64,000 bases of DNA, taken from positions 1 through 64,000 of the IMG/VR virus record IMGVR_UViG_3300030372_002239; one strand, written 5' to 3'. The notes below the pieces were generated by a model that searched no databases, had not been told where the DNA came from, and saw nothing but the letters and a program-made list of their open reading frames with translations. Numbering within the stretch: the first letter of the stretch is position 1; every line of letters begins with the position of its first letter. The DNA comes from an uncultured virus (IMG/VR IMGVR_UViG_3300030372_002239). Lineage: Duplodnaviria; Heunggongvirae; Uroviricota; Caudoviricetes. Shown here piece after piece: positions 48,791 through 58,143 of this stretch. Both the position numbers and the translations under genes were made by a program.

Positions 48791-49541
48791 CTTGTAAGAA
48801 TTTGAGTACGCTACGATTGGTTCTTGCCACTAGCTCAAAACTTTTATCCATCTCTGGTGTCAGGTTTTGCGTTACCGCATTGTATAGATTGTATACGTTA
48901 CGGTCTTTATCTTGCGAGTATGTAGGATTGCGCCATATATCCAAGATGTCCTTGCCTCGCCTTTCACCAATCTTCTTACCCTCGACCAGCTTCTCGATGA
49001 TTGATTCGCCCTTTTGTTGAGTGATCTTAAAACCGTGCAAGACTCTGTAGCCTTCAACTGATGCGTCAAACTCACGCTTGGCTGAGTTGATTGAATCGTT
49101 GATATAGTCCAAGTCTAGGTTCATTGAATGTCTACCTGACTGCTTGGTATTCATGCATGGTGAAGTCATACCGTTAGTGCAAACAAGACGTAATGCCCCT
49201 GCATCTATTGGTATACCAGAAGAACCATCGTATGAATTGCGTAACGTGACGCGCATTCCGATGATGTCTCCCTTTGCTACTTCAGCACGTTGTTCTTTGA
49301 AGTCATAGACTGCATAAAGTCTTGCCCCATTGTTGGGACAATAGATTTTCCTCTGAAACTCACCGAGTTTCAGACAGGATTCAACTCTGTCTATTACTTC
49401 TTTATGATGAACTATCTTGTACTTATCTGAAACAAGAGCAAGATGCTCACCTGTGTCCTCGCGAAAGTTCTCGCGATGTCCTTCGATTACTTGTCCTCGT
49501 ATGTTTAATACGGGACGACTCTTTACATTGAACTCATACAT
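48771..49541 (-). CDS. DUF932-family protein
   Basis: VSDKYKIVHH, NSYDGS, LRLVCTNGM, YNLYNAVT. Confidence 0.85.
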   Translation of the reverse strand: MYEFNVKSRPVLNIRGQVIEGHRENFREDTGEHLALVSDKYKIVHHKEVIDRVESCLKLGEFQRKIYCPNNGARLYAVYDFKEQRAEVAKGDIIGMRVTLRNSYDGSSGIPIDAGALRLVCTNGMTSPCMNTKQSGRHSMNLDLDYINDSINSAKREFDASVEGYRVLHGFKITQQKGESIIEKLVEGKKIGERRGKDILDIWRNPTYSQDKDRNVYNLYNAVTQNLTPEMDKSFELVARTNRSVLKFLQDESNVA

Positions 49542-49759
49542 TGTTCGATTAGTTTTACTTGGTTTTGTGTTAATGCTTTATCGAATTGATAAAACAAAAA
49601 TTTGTTATCACTTGTACAACATTCTGCTGTACCTGTCTGATAGATTTCGTCGATTGTTTGGTCTTCATCGGATATTACAATGAGTCCGATTTCATTTTGT
49701 AGCATATCAACGTCACTTCGCTCAAGATGATTTACTTGCCAGATGTAAGTGTGTGCCAT
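49523..49759 (-). CDS. Hypothetical early protein
   Basis: Fills gap between neighbours. Confidence 0.45.
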   Translation of the reverse strand: MAHTYIWQVNHLERSDVDMLQNEIGLIVISDEDQTIDEIYQTGTAECCTSDNKFLFYQFDKALTQNQVKLIEQCMSSM

Positions 49760-50265
49760 GTTGGTTTCTCTCTTCGTGTCCATCGTGCGAATGGTTTGTC
49801 TAGTTGTATGTACAGCCTGTATTTTTCTACTATTGCTAGGTCATCAAAGTTTGGTTGCTTGCGACAGTTCATGTCCTTCGCTATGGCTACAGCGAACTCG
49901 GTTCTTGATCCGATAGGTGCGTAAGAATCTTTTAGGTTCTCGTAGCACCAAGCAATGAAGTCGAGAGTGTAATGGTCTTTACCCCAGCGGTATCGACGTT
50001 CTTCACCCATCTCAATGGCATGACTTATCAGCCAGCTCATGTTGTCGCGAGTCTTGAATGTCCATTGTGTGCATGGATGGTAGCGATAGCTATGTACTCT
50101 CGGACGGCCTAGTGCATTGCGAGGACAGTCGTCTGCTGCGAGTCTGGATAAAGGAAAACCGTTGGCCAGCATTTGTGCTGACTCAACGATCATCTTGTTT
50201 ATATGTTTGTCGCAGAGATTACGCGCTGCAACAATTGGGTTATCATCAGTTACAAAGATGTTCAT
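49732..50265 (-). CDS. Pyrimidine-dimer DNA glycosylase (DenV-like) family protein
   Basis: MNIF...CDKHINKMIVESAQML...HPCTQW...YRLY. Confidence 0.8.
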   Translation of the reverse strand: MNIFVTDDNPIVAARNLCDKHINKMIVESAQMLANGFPLSRLAADDCPRNALGRPRVHSYRYHPCTQWTFKTRDNMSWLISHAIEMGEERRYRWGKDHYTLDFIAWCYENLKDSYAPIGSRTEFAVAIAKDMNCRKQPNFDDLAIVEKYRLYIQLDKPFARWTRREKPTWHTLTSGK

Positions 50266-50437
50266 CGTGACAAGCCTCGTTAAACTTGAGTATCTTTTGT
50301 CCACAACTCTCACATTCTTTATGTTGCAGACCTGTTCCAACACAATCAGTACATTTTTGACATAATTCTGCTACGATTAAGTAGCCTTTGCCTTCGCATA
50401 ATTCGCAAAGATCAACAACTCTTTTTGTGTAGCTCAT
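50246..50437 (-). CDS. Small Cys-rich zinc-finger protein
   Basis: CxxCxGxG repeats. Confidence 0.6.
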   Translation of the reverse strand: MSYTKRVVDLCELCEGKGYLIVAELCQKCTDCVGTGLQHKECESCGQKILKFNEACHDEHLCN

Positions 50438-50561
50438 CGTTTCTTTGGTTTTGTACGGTTCGTTGATTTAGTTCTGCTTGAATTGGCAGGACGGCTACTT
50501 GTGTGGGTAAGTTTACCAGTTTTCATCGACCGCTCTTGCCTTCGACTATAAGGTTTGTATT

Positions 50562-50744
50562 TCATCGTTTTCGTGTCTTTGCTTTGATGATGCAACGTGT
50601 CAATTTTCCGTTCCAGCTATCTTGGCGTAAGGATTGATTAGGATTTTCAGTAACGCTCGGACTATCCAGTTTAGTCCAGTTTCTTGCTCTGTCTGGTATG
50701 TCTACCAGTTCGACGTTTCCGTTAACTATTGTTCTTGCTTTCAT
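50562..50744 (-). CDS. Hypothetical early protein
   Basis: ORF in leftward early block. Confidence 0.5.
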   Translation of the reverse strand: MKARTIVNGNVELVDIPDRARNWTKLDSPSVTENPNQSLRQDSWNGKLTRCIIKAKTRKR

Positions 50745-51036
50745 TAAACTTTAAGTAGTTTGGTGATCTATGAAATAGGTTGTGTACCCAATTTGCTGAC
50801 TGTCTGTCTAGGTAATGTTCGTTACCTTGGATAGAGTAGTCTGGCGGGAATAGTATCTCCGTGTCTGGTAGGTCGCAATGGACGAGATGTTCTTTGTGGT
50901 ATTCATGCCAGTCAGGATGTTTTTGTAGATTCTCAGGCCCGTATCCATACAAGTTGCATTCATGCAACGCGCTGATAGCCATTAGACGGGAACGGCTCGG
51001 ATGTTTGAGTGCTACGGTCAAAGATGTATTGTTCAT
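50722..51036 (-). CDS. Hypothetical early protein
   Basis: ORF in leftward early block. Confidence 0.55.
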   Translation of the reverse strand: MNNTSLTVALKHPSRSRLMAISALHECNLYGYGPENLQKHPDWHEYHKEHLVHCDLPDTEILFPPDYSIQGNEHYLDRQSANWVHNLFHRSPNYLKFNESKNNS

Positions 51037-51304
51037 GTTTCTTTTGGTATAAGCATTTCTGGATGTTTAACGTGTTTAGTAATCCGTTCAGTCTCTCGCG
51101 AGTTGTCATTGTGGGCCAGCCACAAAGTGAAATGTGGAGCGAGTTTACTGTCTGTTCTGCGATGCAATGCCCATGCAAGTAGAGTTGCGTGACATTGTCG
51201 TCAGGGAATCGCAGGTCTTTTTTGACTTCGACGCGAGTGTTGTCACGACTGAAGTTCTTGCCTTGTTTGAATGCGCGTGCAGCGTCTTGTGTTATTTTTC
51301 TCAT
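50960..51304 (-). CDS. Hypothetical early protein
   Basis: MRKIT...LYLHGHCIA...CGWPTMTTRERLNGLL. Confidence 0.7.
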   Translation of the reverse strand: MRKITQDAARAFKQGKNFSRDNTRVEVKKDLRFPDDNVTQLYLHGHCIAEQTVNSLHISLCGWPTMTTRERLNGLLNTLNIQKCLYQKKHEQYIFDRSTQTSEPFPSNGYQRVA

Positions 51305-51678
51305 TTGTTGTTTTTGTAGTTTTTGTAGTCTTTATTTAAGGGGTGATTGATTACCCAGTCGTACAGTTCTTTGTTGTCGTTGTAGAGGTCGGATAGAATG
51401 CCAGAGTAAAGTGTCTTTACTGGCGAACTGATCTTGATCTTGAACTTATTGCTGAATGTATATTCGGGTTGTGACTCAGATGCCTTGCTAGAGAAGCCGC
51501 CTTGGCATCTGCGAATGCTGGTTGATATTTTACCATCGCCCCAAATGTCTTTGCCTAGTGCGGCTTGTAGTGAGAGAGCGCGACTTAATTCTCTCATAAG
51601 AGACTCGCGTTCTTCGCTTTGTTTACTTATCTTTTGGGATAGTGCTTCCATTTTAGTTATGGATTCAGACATTTTCAT
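51301..51678 (-). CDS. Hypothetical early protein
   Basis: Coupled to neighbours. Confidence 0.6.
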   Translation of the reverse strand: MKMSESITKMEALSQKISKQSEERESLMRELSRALSLQAALGKDIWGDGKISTSIRRCQGGFSSKASESQPEYTFSNKFKIKISSPVKTLYSGILSDLYNDNKELYDWVINHPLNKDYKNYKNNK

Positions 51679-51943
51679 GTAGAGTATTTGTTAAAGTTGT
51701 GTAAGTTGTGAGAGAGTAGCGTTCACCTGCGAGATTAGTTAAGCAGGATTCGCAAGGTTCTTTTGAGAAGTCGTCTGTCTTGTCTCCGGTCATTAAGTAA
51801 CCATGCTTGGCTAGTTTATCGAGACCGTTATTTATTTCGGTGTATCTTGTTTGGGCCTCGTCTCCTTGGTAGTGGTAGTCGAGGGATGAAGCATCGCCGG
51901 TCGCGTTAAGCGTGTGGCAGTCTTGGCAGATTGTGAATTTCAT
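51665..51943 (-). CDS. Hypothetical early protein with two CxxC motifs
   Basis: CQDC and FSKEPCESCLTNLAGER. Confidence 0.7.
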   Translation of the reverse strand: MKFTICQDCHTLNATGDASSLDYHYQGDEAQTRYTEINNGLDKLAKHGYLMTGDKTDDFSKEPCESCLTNLAGERYSLTTYTTLTNTLHENV

Positions 51944-51947
51944 GTGA

Positions 51948-51973
51948 GAAAAAAGGGGGGATTGCTCCCCCCA
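51948..51973 (-). terminator. Rho-independent terminator
   Basis: G6/C6 stem followed by T tract on the minus strand. Confidence 0.7.
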
Positions 51974-51979
51974 TTGAAG

Positions 51980-52570
51980 TTAGGCGAATAGTGCATCTGC
52001 CTCGACATCGAGTGCATCAATCTTGGCTTGGATTGTCGCTGCCTTTTCAGCAGATTTTTCCTTGCGATGTTTAGCCTCAAGGGTGCGACGTTCCGCGAAG
52101 ATTTCTTGCATCCGTTGGGCGCGAGTCTCGGAGGCTTCTAGCTTCTTGGTGAGTGCTGCTTTTCCGTCTGACTTTGTACGCTCCTTGAATGCATCCCCGT
52201 CAAGTGCTTGCGCAATGTTGGAGAGTTTCTCATCGTCGGTGTAAGAGTCTGTTCGCTTGCCGTCTATTGATTTCTTTTGGGCGGTTTTGTATTTGCCGTT
52301 ATTGAGACGGTAGAAACAAGCGTCTTTTATCCATGAGTCGGCATCGTTGTCTAGGACTCCAGCTTCGTTTAGTGCCGTGATCCAATCGCGGATGTCGTTC
52401 AAGTCGTTGGTAGACTCGGAGCCTGTCTCATGCGCCCAGTATTTGAAGGGGCCATCTTGTCCCTTGGTTGATTCAAGGAGAGTCAAGTCAAGGTTCGCGA
52501 GTGTTTCGTCGTTGTTAACCAAGGCGAGTTGGGCCTTGCCGTTTTCGTTTGTTATGATTTTGGTTTTCAT
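51980..52570 (-). CDS. Hypothetical early protein with its own promoter and terminator
   Basis: ATG at 52570; coiled-coil C-terminus. Confidence 0.7.
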   Translation of the reverse strand: MKTKIITNENGKAQLALVNNDETLANLDLTLLESTKGQDGPFKYWAHETGSESTNDLNDIRDWITALNEAGVLDNDADSWIKDACFYRLNNGKYKTAQKKSIDGKRTDSYTDDEKLSNIAQALDGDAFKERTKSDGKAALTKKLEASETRAQRMQEIFAERRTLEAKHRKEKSAEKAATIQAKIDALDVEADALFA

Positions 52571-52590
52571 AATAGCCCGAAGGCGAGACA

Positions 52591-52618
52591 AGACTAGCAG
52601 AGGGGGGAGGGGTGTCAA
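52591..52618 (-). promoter_or_regulatory. Sigma70-type early promoter
   Basis: TTGACA-N13-TG-N-TAGTCT. Confidence 0.7.
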
Positions 52619-52680
52619 CCCTTATATGAGATTTAATGAAAAAAATATTTTTTGTATATATTGATATGCTCATGGTTGTA

Positions 52681-52834
52681 TTGATTATTAAATTTATTTA
52701 TTTAGATTAATCAACGGGTGGTATGCCCCCTTCTAGTAGTCTATATATATAAAGATATCTATATTTTTTTTCTATTCTGTCAACGTGTAAAGGGGGGTAG
52801 TTGATTAATCTAAATAAATAAATTTAATAATCAA
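52681..52834. repeat. Perfect 35-bp AT-rich inverted repeat with 84-bp spacer, candidate origin
   Basis: 52681..52715 is the exact reverse complement of 52800..52834. Confidence 0.85.
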
Positions 52835-52895
52835 CCTTTGCCCCGTTTATTTACATTAACTAGATAAGAAAAAACCCCCTTGCGGGGGTTGTCGT

Positions 52896-53144
52896 TTATT
52901 TTTCCGGTTTGTTGAATTTCTCCTCTTCAACGTAGGCAACGTCGGCCTTGTCGAGTTTACCTTCAAGGTAACGAATTCGCATTCTGTATTCGTTGATTTC
53001 GACTTCGTGCTTTTCGTGTACTTCGTCCCACGCTTTTTGGATTTCATCCATTTCCCATTTAGTTGGGGCGATGTCTTCAATCAGTCGTTTGATGCCGTCA
53101 GCAATTTCGACTTTGTTCTTTAGATTATTGATGTAGTAATTCAT
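52896..53144 (-). CDS. Hypothetical early protein
   Basis: ORF followed by a terminator-like hairpin near 52867..52890. Confidence 0.6.
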   Translation of the reverse strand: MNYYINNLKNKVEIADGIKRLIEDIAPTKWEMDEIQKAWDEVHEKHEVEINEYRMRIRYLEGKLDKADVAYVEEEKFNKPEK

Positions 53145-53171
53145 AAGAAAAAAGGGGCTTGCACCCTCATG

Positions 53172-53375
53172 TTATGCTTCAATTGATACGCTGATGTCTC
53201 CGTCGTTTACCATGTCGCGAACCGTATCGCGTATTTCTGCGCGCCGGTCGTCTTCATTTGGTTGTGAACTGATTTCATCAACTTTTTTCTCAATTGCCTT
53301 TTGTATTATCATGGTCATTTCCGTGACAAAGTAATCGGCAAGCCCTTCAATTTGTTCTTTAGTGTTTTTGTTCAT
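53172..53375 (-). CDS. Hypothetical early protein
   Basis: ATG at 53375 just downstream of predicted promoter. Confidence 0.6.
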   Translation of the reverse strand: MNKNTKEQIEGLADYFVTEMTMIIQKAIEKKVDEISSQPNEDDRRAEIRDTVRDMVNDGDISVSIEA

Positions 53376-53398
53376 ATTTAGTGCCATGCGGCAAAGAC

Positions 53399-53426
53399 AG
53401 GTTGACATAAACAACAAATTTGTCAA
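53399..53426 (-). promoter_or_regulatory. Sigma70-type early promoter (TTGACA present on both strands)
   Basis: TTGACA-N13-TG-N-CAACCT. Confidence 0.55.
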
Positions 53427-53483
53427 CACTTTATGAAAGAAAAAATCTCATGTAAAATGCATTTATGGGTTGCGTTTCTCTGG

Positions 53484-53579
53484 ACAGCCCGAAAGGGTGG
53501 AGCGAAGCTCCCTCGGGCTGTACTAACTAATACCCGCAAGGGACTCGGCAGAGGTGACTGAAAGGAACAATTAGTTAGT
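53484..53579. ncRNA. Candidate structured non-coding RNA (two multi-stem domains)
   Basis: 9-bp and 10-bp closing stems with internal tetraloop hairpins in an intergenic region. Confidence 0.45.
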
Positions 53580-53826
53580 TATATTTTTTATTTTCGTCTC
53601 AGTAGAAAAGGCAGGGGCCGAAGCCCCCACCAATGTTATGACCTGTTACGTTTAAGCAACTTCTGGACTGCTCTGCGCATGATGTCTGTTTGGCGTGGAT
53701 TGCGTGGAAACAGAAACTTGCGCCCTGCGTATTTCATCATTAGACGTTTTCTCATAATAACCCGAAGGCAGGGACAGAGTATCAACCATCCATAACAAGT
53801 CAAGATAAAAATAAAAAATAAATTGG

Positions 53827-53854
53827 TTGACACAATTCTTGATTCTGGTACTTT
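53827..53854 (+). promoter_or_regulatory. Sigma70-type promoter
   Basis: TTGACA-N13-TG-N-TACTTT. Confidence 0.7.
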
Positions 53855-53880
53855 GGGGGTGCGGTAATACCGCAAATGTT

Positions 53881-54102
53881 ATGACAATAGAAAACCTAAA
53901 GTTGGCAATTCGCGGAATGGCTTCAGTATTGAATGAAACCATCCTTGAGTTGGATACGTTGCAAAAGAAGTATGACGAACTCAAGCTGGACGAACGTCGA
54001 TACTATCAATGGTGGCATGATGAAACCAAAGAGACTGACAGGCTCAAGGGTATCCTTGAGAAAACTGGCATGGCCTCGGAACCAGTAGAAGCTGATGAAT
54101 AA
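53881..54102 (+). CDS. Hypothetical coiled-coil protein
   Basis: ATG just downstream of promoter. Confidence 0.6.
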   Translation: MTIENLKLAIRGMASVLNETILELDTLQKKYDELKLDERRYYQWWHDETKETDRLKGILEKTGMASEPVEADE

Positions 54103-54157
54103 AACTGATAAATTCTGTCTATGCTTTTTGCTAGGCTTTATAATAATCGTAGTAATC

Positions 54158-54186
54158 AAGTCCCTCAGTTGAGGGGCTTTTTTTGT
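54158..54186 (+). terminator. Rho-independent terminator separating the sigma70 unit from the late operon
   Basis: AAGTCCCTC-AGTT-GAGGGGCTT stem followed by T tract. Confidence 0.8.
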
Positions 54187-54314
54187 GCCTAGAGGGGGAG
54201 GGGATCAAAGGGGGAGGGGGGCCAGAAGTCGTGCCGCTACTGGACTATAACCTCCTCTGAAAAAATGACCCAAAAAACACTATGAGACAAAACATACTTT
54301 ATCTTATAAAATTC

Positions 54315-54330
54315 TGGCACGAACTCTGCT
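54315..54330 (+). promoter_or_regulatory. Sigma54 (-24/-12) promoter for packaging operon
   Basis: TGGCACGAACTCTGCT, GG-N10-GC, intergenic, sense orientation. Confidence 0.8.
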
Positions 54331-54420
54331 TCAACCGCCCCATGTGTGAACGATCAATCGAAATCTGCAAATCAACGCCTCTAATTCAGTACGCCCTCTT
54401 CTTCAACCCCAATCTATTCG

Positions 54421-57400
54421 ATGCCTACCGAGTCTAACATTGTTCAAGAGTTTGCTGATGGGCCAACTCCTGACACCGTTGACGCATTTGGCAAAGTAGC
54501 TGAAGGCCCACTCATAAAGTACAATCCCGGTGGTTTCGCCCAATTCCGGGCTGAGACAACTGGATTACCACCTGCTCGCGCTCAATTCGGCGACCAAGAG
54601 TTTTGGGGTCAACTCGTCACACCCACAACCACAAAACTAGACACAGAACCAACAGGCCCAACAGGCCCAACAGATTTAGATGGCACAGGATTATCGAACG
54701 ACCAAATAGACGCGATAGTAAAAGAAAGTGATGATGCAAATAAAGAACTTGAAGATTGGTATCGCAGATCAAGTAGTGATGACCTAGTAGATTTTGATAA
54801 GTACCGACTCGACATACCAGACCCAAAAATCAACTGGGACACCAGCGATATTGGCTACACCGGCTACGATTACAGAAAAGACCCCGATTTCTTATCTGGA
54901 GACCTAATCAGCGCAGACCGCAATTTTGAGCCGATACAGATTCCTCTTGGCCCCGGTGGTGGAGGCCCGATAGGACTTGCACCAAGGACACCGCAACCAA
55001 AGCAGGATCGTCCAAGAATTTCGATTACGCCAAAAGGAATACCAAAACCAGAAAAAGATTTACCACCAGTAAAAGGAACTTCAAAAAATACAACAGGAAT
55101 ATTTAAGCCAACGCTAGGAGATAAAGCGGCACAAACATTACAAGACATATTCTCTGCAACAGAAAAGCCAGCAAGAATACTTTTTGGTAAAACACGTTAT
55201 GACGCAGAAGGCCCATTACGCAAAGATGAACGTCAGACATTTGACACACTCAAAAAGTTCAAAGATTGGTCAGATGGTTTAACTGAAGAACAATTCAAGC
55301 TATGGGAGACTAAAGGTATACCGTCAGAAACAACAGGACGCGCACCTGTTGGCCCGAAATATGGCAAGATGCTGGCTGACTTTGGTCGCATCCTCAAGAA
55401 CGAAGAAAACATACGCACACAAGAATATGGCGACCTTCAGCTACTTGCTGCATTAAACACGGCAGCCTTAATCAGTCAGTATGGTGCAATCGGTGGTGCA
55501 ATCCCCGTTTTAATCACAGCCTCAGACGACATTATGTCAGGCATGAACAATATGTTCGCCAAGAGTCCTGAACTAGCAGGAAACCCAATACAAGACTTTG
55601 TGCATGGTACAACATGGGTACTCGGCAAAACCTTACAAAAAACTTACAACAACACAATCGGCCAAGTCTTACCCAAGATCAAAGATACACGGATAAAGGA
55701 CAAGCTAGGAAACATCGACGAGTTTATGAAAGCACCTCGTCGTCCTACAATGGGCACAAAAGCCGTAATCTCAATGCCCGATCCCGATGGCACAATAAGA
55801 ACAGACCGAAACATAAGCAAAGGGATACCAGAAGCAGAGCGGCAACAAGTTACAGCGCAAACCACATCAACAGTAACAGACCCAGCGACAGCGACAGCTA
55901 GACCAATAAGTGTCCGAAACATAGGCAGAGGTGTACCAACAGGGGCAACAACAAGACTAACTGGTGATACACCTGTCTCACAAACAACAAGCACACTACC
56001 AAAAGTCGAAACTTCTGAAACACTTACAGCCAATATAACAGATAAAGATAAACAAAAGATTGATGATGGAACAACAGTAACAGAGCAAAAGCCTACAGGC
56101 ATAACAATCGTAGACGTAGATGACTTTGAATCAAAAGACCAAGACAAAGATATAGAAACAGCAGACCTAGACTTACGCTACGAGCAACCAGTCGAAACTA
56201 AAATTGTAGACCCGATAGTAGTAAGTCCAAAAGGTAAGGAGAAAAAAGATGAAATAAAAACTGAAAAAAATCAGAAACTAAAAACTCCTAAAACTCAACC
56301 AGATTTAGTTGACGCTAAATCAATAAAAGTAAAAGAAGGTGATAAAAAACCAGACCCAAAAATTAAAGGACTTAAAATAGAAAAAGTTGATGGTGTTGTT
56401 TCAAACGAAGACAAAGAAGACAAAAAAGACGTAAAAGAAGCTGACTTAAATTTAGAGTATAAAAAACTAGATGAGTCTGAACTCGATAAAATAAAGTCAA
56501 ATATAGAGAAAGAACAAAAACAACGCGAAGAACAAAAACGCGAAGAAGAACGTAAACAACAGGAGGGTAAAAAGTCTAAAGACAAACCAAAATTCACAAT
56601 AGATGTTGAAGAAGTAGAACCTACAACAGACCCTCCGGTAACTGAGTTACCATTTATGCCAGAAATTGTTGCTCCCGAGGTAGACGAAGATGCAAAGCTA
56701 GATGATCCACCAGAGGAACAGCCAGACGATGAACTCGAATATACACCAGAAACAGGCGTAGAAGCTCCCGATGGTTTATATTACAGCACTTATTATAATG
56801 TTCCCGTTGATGCTGACGGCAATCCTTTTGGAACTTCTGGTTGGGATGAAAGTCGATACGAAGGAAAAACACTTCCGGTATTAAATATGGCATTTGGACT
56901 TGATCCTAATAATCCCGAAATTGGTGGTAAAGTAGGCGAAAAACCAAGCGGGAAAGAAATGGATTGGAATGCCAGAATGCAAGATTTTAGAGACAGGAAC
57001 GCTTTGTCTGAAAATGTAGGATCAAGAACTAACTATGAAGTTGATTTTGGAGATGTAGATCCAACAATCGGCGGTGGAGGTTCGGTAAAGATAGACATGG
57101 AAGAAAATCCATACGGATTAAATAATCCGGATTTTCCCGGTCAAGGCTACAACGAAGACCCAAGCACATACCAAAGAATCGCAGATTCACAAACAGGTGT
57201 AAGATGGGACGCTAGTATAAATGATTTTGTTCCGTGGAATCCAGATTTACCAGAGTCTAATAATCCCGACAATCCACAGTATTGGGGGCCAGAACGCGAC
57301 ATTCCTCAAGGCGGGGGCGAGGCTACTGGCGGGCAAAAAGTATGGACAAAACCTGAAGTAGCAGACCACGCAAGAAATACGGGACAGTTAACGCCAGAAA

Positions 57401-57579
57401 GAATAACGTGGGTAAATACAGAAACAAATGAAATACATACTGAAACTGTAACTCCATACGTTTATCGAGACGGTTTTGGTTGGGCTTATGATTATGATAC
57501 AAGTCCACCATTTTGGTTACAAGGTAACTGGCGAACATTCGATGCGCCAGTAGGAGGGAGTATTGATTTAGGTGAGTAG
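54421..57579 (+). CDS. Large acidic low-complexity protein (1052 aa), unknown function
   Basis: Long ORF rich in P/T/D/E/K; no motif recognised. Confidence 0.75.
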   Translation: MPTESNIVQEFADGPTPDTVDAFGKVAEGPLIKYNPGGFAQFRAETTGLPPARAQFGDQEFWGQLVTPTTTKLDTEPTGPTGPTDLDGTGLSNDQIDAIVKESDDANKELEDWYRRSSSDDLVDFDKYRLDIPDPKINWDTSDIGYTGYDYRKDPDFLSGDLISADRNFEPIQIPLGPGGGGPIGLAPRTPQPKQDRPRISITPKGIPKPEKDLPPVKGTSKNTTGIFKPTLGDKAAQTLQDIFSATEKPARILFGKTRYDAEGPLRKDERQTFDTLKKFKDWSDGLTEEQFKLWETKGIPSETTGRAPVGPKYGKMLADFGRILKNEENIRTQEYGDLQLLAALNTAALISQYGAIGGAIPVLITASDDIMSGMNNMFAKSPELAGNPIQDFVHGTTWVLGKTLQKTYNNTIGQVLPKIKDTRIKDKLGNIDEFMKAPRRPTMGTKAVISMPDPDGTIRTDRNISKGIPEAERQQVTAQTTSTVTDPATATARPISVRNIGRGVPTGATTRLTGDTPVSQTTSTLPKVETSETLTANITDKDKQKIDDGTTVTEQKPTGITIVDVDDFESKDQDKDIETADLDLRYEQPVETKIVDPIVVSPKGKEKKDEIKTEKNQKLKTPKTQPDLVDAKSIKVKEGDKKPDPKIKGLKIEKVDGVVSNEDKEDKKDVKEADLNLEYKKLDESELDKIKSNIEKEQKQREEQKREEERKQQEGKKSKDKPKFTIDVEEVEPTTDPPVTELPFMPEIVAPEVDEDAKLDDPPEEQPDDELEYTPETGVEAPDGLYYSTYYNVPVDADGNPFGTSGWDESRYEGKTLPVLNMAFGLDPNNPEIGGKVGEKPSGKEMDWNARMQDFRDRNALSENVGSRTNYEVDFGDVDPTIGGGGSVKIDMEENPYGLNNPDFPGQGYNEDPSTYQRIADSQTGVRWDASINDFVPWNPDLPESNNPDNPQYWGPERDIPQGGGEATGGQKVWTKPEVADHARNTGQLTPERITWVNTETNEIHTETVTPYVYRDGFGWAYDYDTSPPFWLQGNWRTFDAPVGGSIDLGE

Positions 57580-57928
57580 TCATCAAGTAGTTAGATTAGC
57601 GAAGGAAGGTTTCTCGGTTGAAGAAATTGTAGAAGACCTTGGGTATGAGCGTGAGAACGTCGAGTTAATCCTAGCAGGAAATAAGAAAGCTAAAGATACT
57701 CCGCTTGCCAAAAAATTTGAAGAACTGGAAGACACGGCACTAGACGTAGTTCGTGTTGCGCTACAAACAGGAACAGCGAATGCTCCTGCGCTGAAAGCTG
57801 CTTTCTACGTTCTTGACCAGAGGCAGGGACTCAAGACACCTCATGGTACAACTAACGTGAACATATCAGATTTTAACCTCCGACTAGAAAAAGCGCGAGA
57901 GGTTATGAATAAAGCCATAGAAGTATGA
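57572..57928 (+). CDS. HTH protein, candidate terminase small subunit
   Basis: GFSVEEIVEDLGY; upstream of terminase. Confidence 0.55.
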   Translation: MSSHQVVRLAKEGFSVEEIVEDLGYERENVELILAGNKKAKDTPLAKKFEELEDTALDVVRVALQTGTANAPALKAAFYVLDQRQGLKTPHGTTNVNISDFNLRLEKAREVMNKAIEV

Positions 57929-58143
57929 CAGTAAAAAATGGACGGCTATTCGCCGTAAAGAACAAGAGCCGAAAATTCGGTGCTACAAACAAATACGTAT
58001 TCACGTACCTTGAAGACAGTAACGGTGACAACGAGTTACCTTACTTATTCACGCCAAGCCAGTTACGAGTCGCACGAAAACGTGCTGAAGATAATCCAGA
58101 AGACTTGCTCGAAAAAAACTTGTTAACTGACTGGTTTGATTAA
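57925..58143 (+). CDS. Hypothetical protein
   Basis: Coupled to neighbours. Confidence 0.65.
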   Translation: MTVKNGRLFAVKNKSRKFGATNKYVFTYLEDSNGDNELPYLFTPSQLRVARKRAEDNPEDLLEKNLLTDWFD

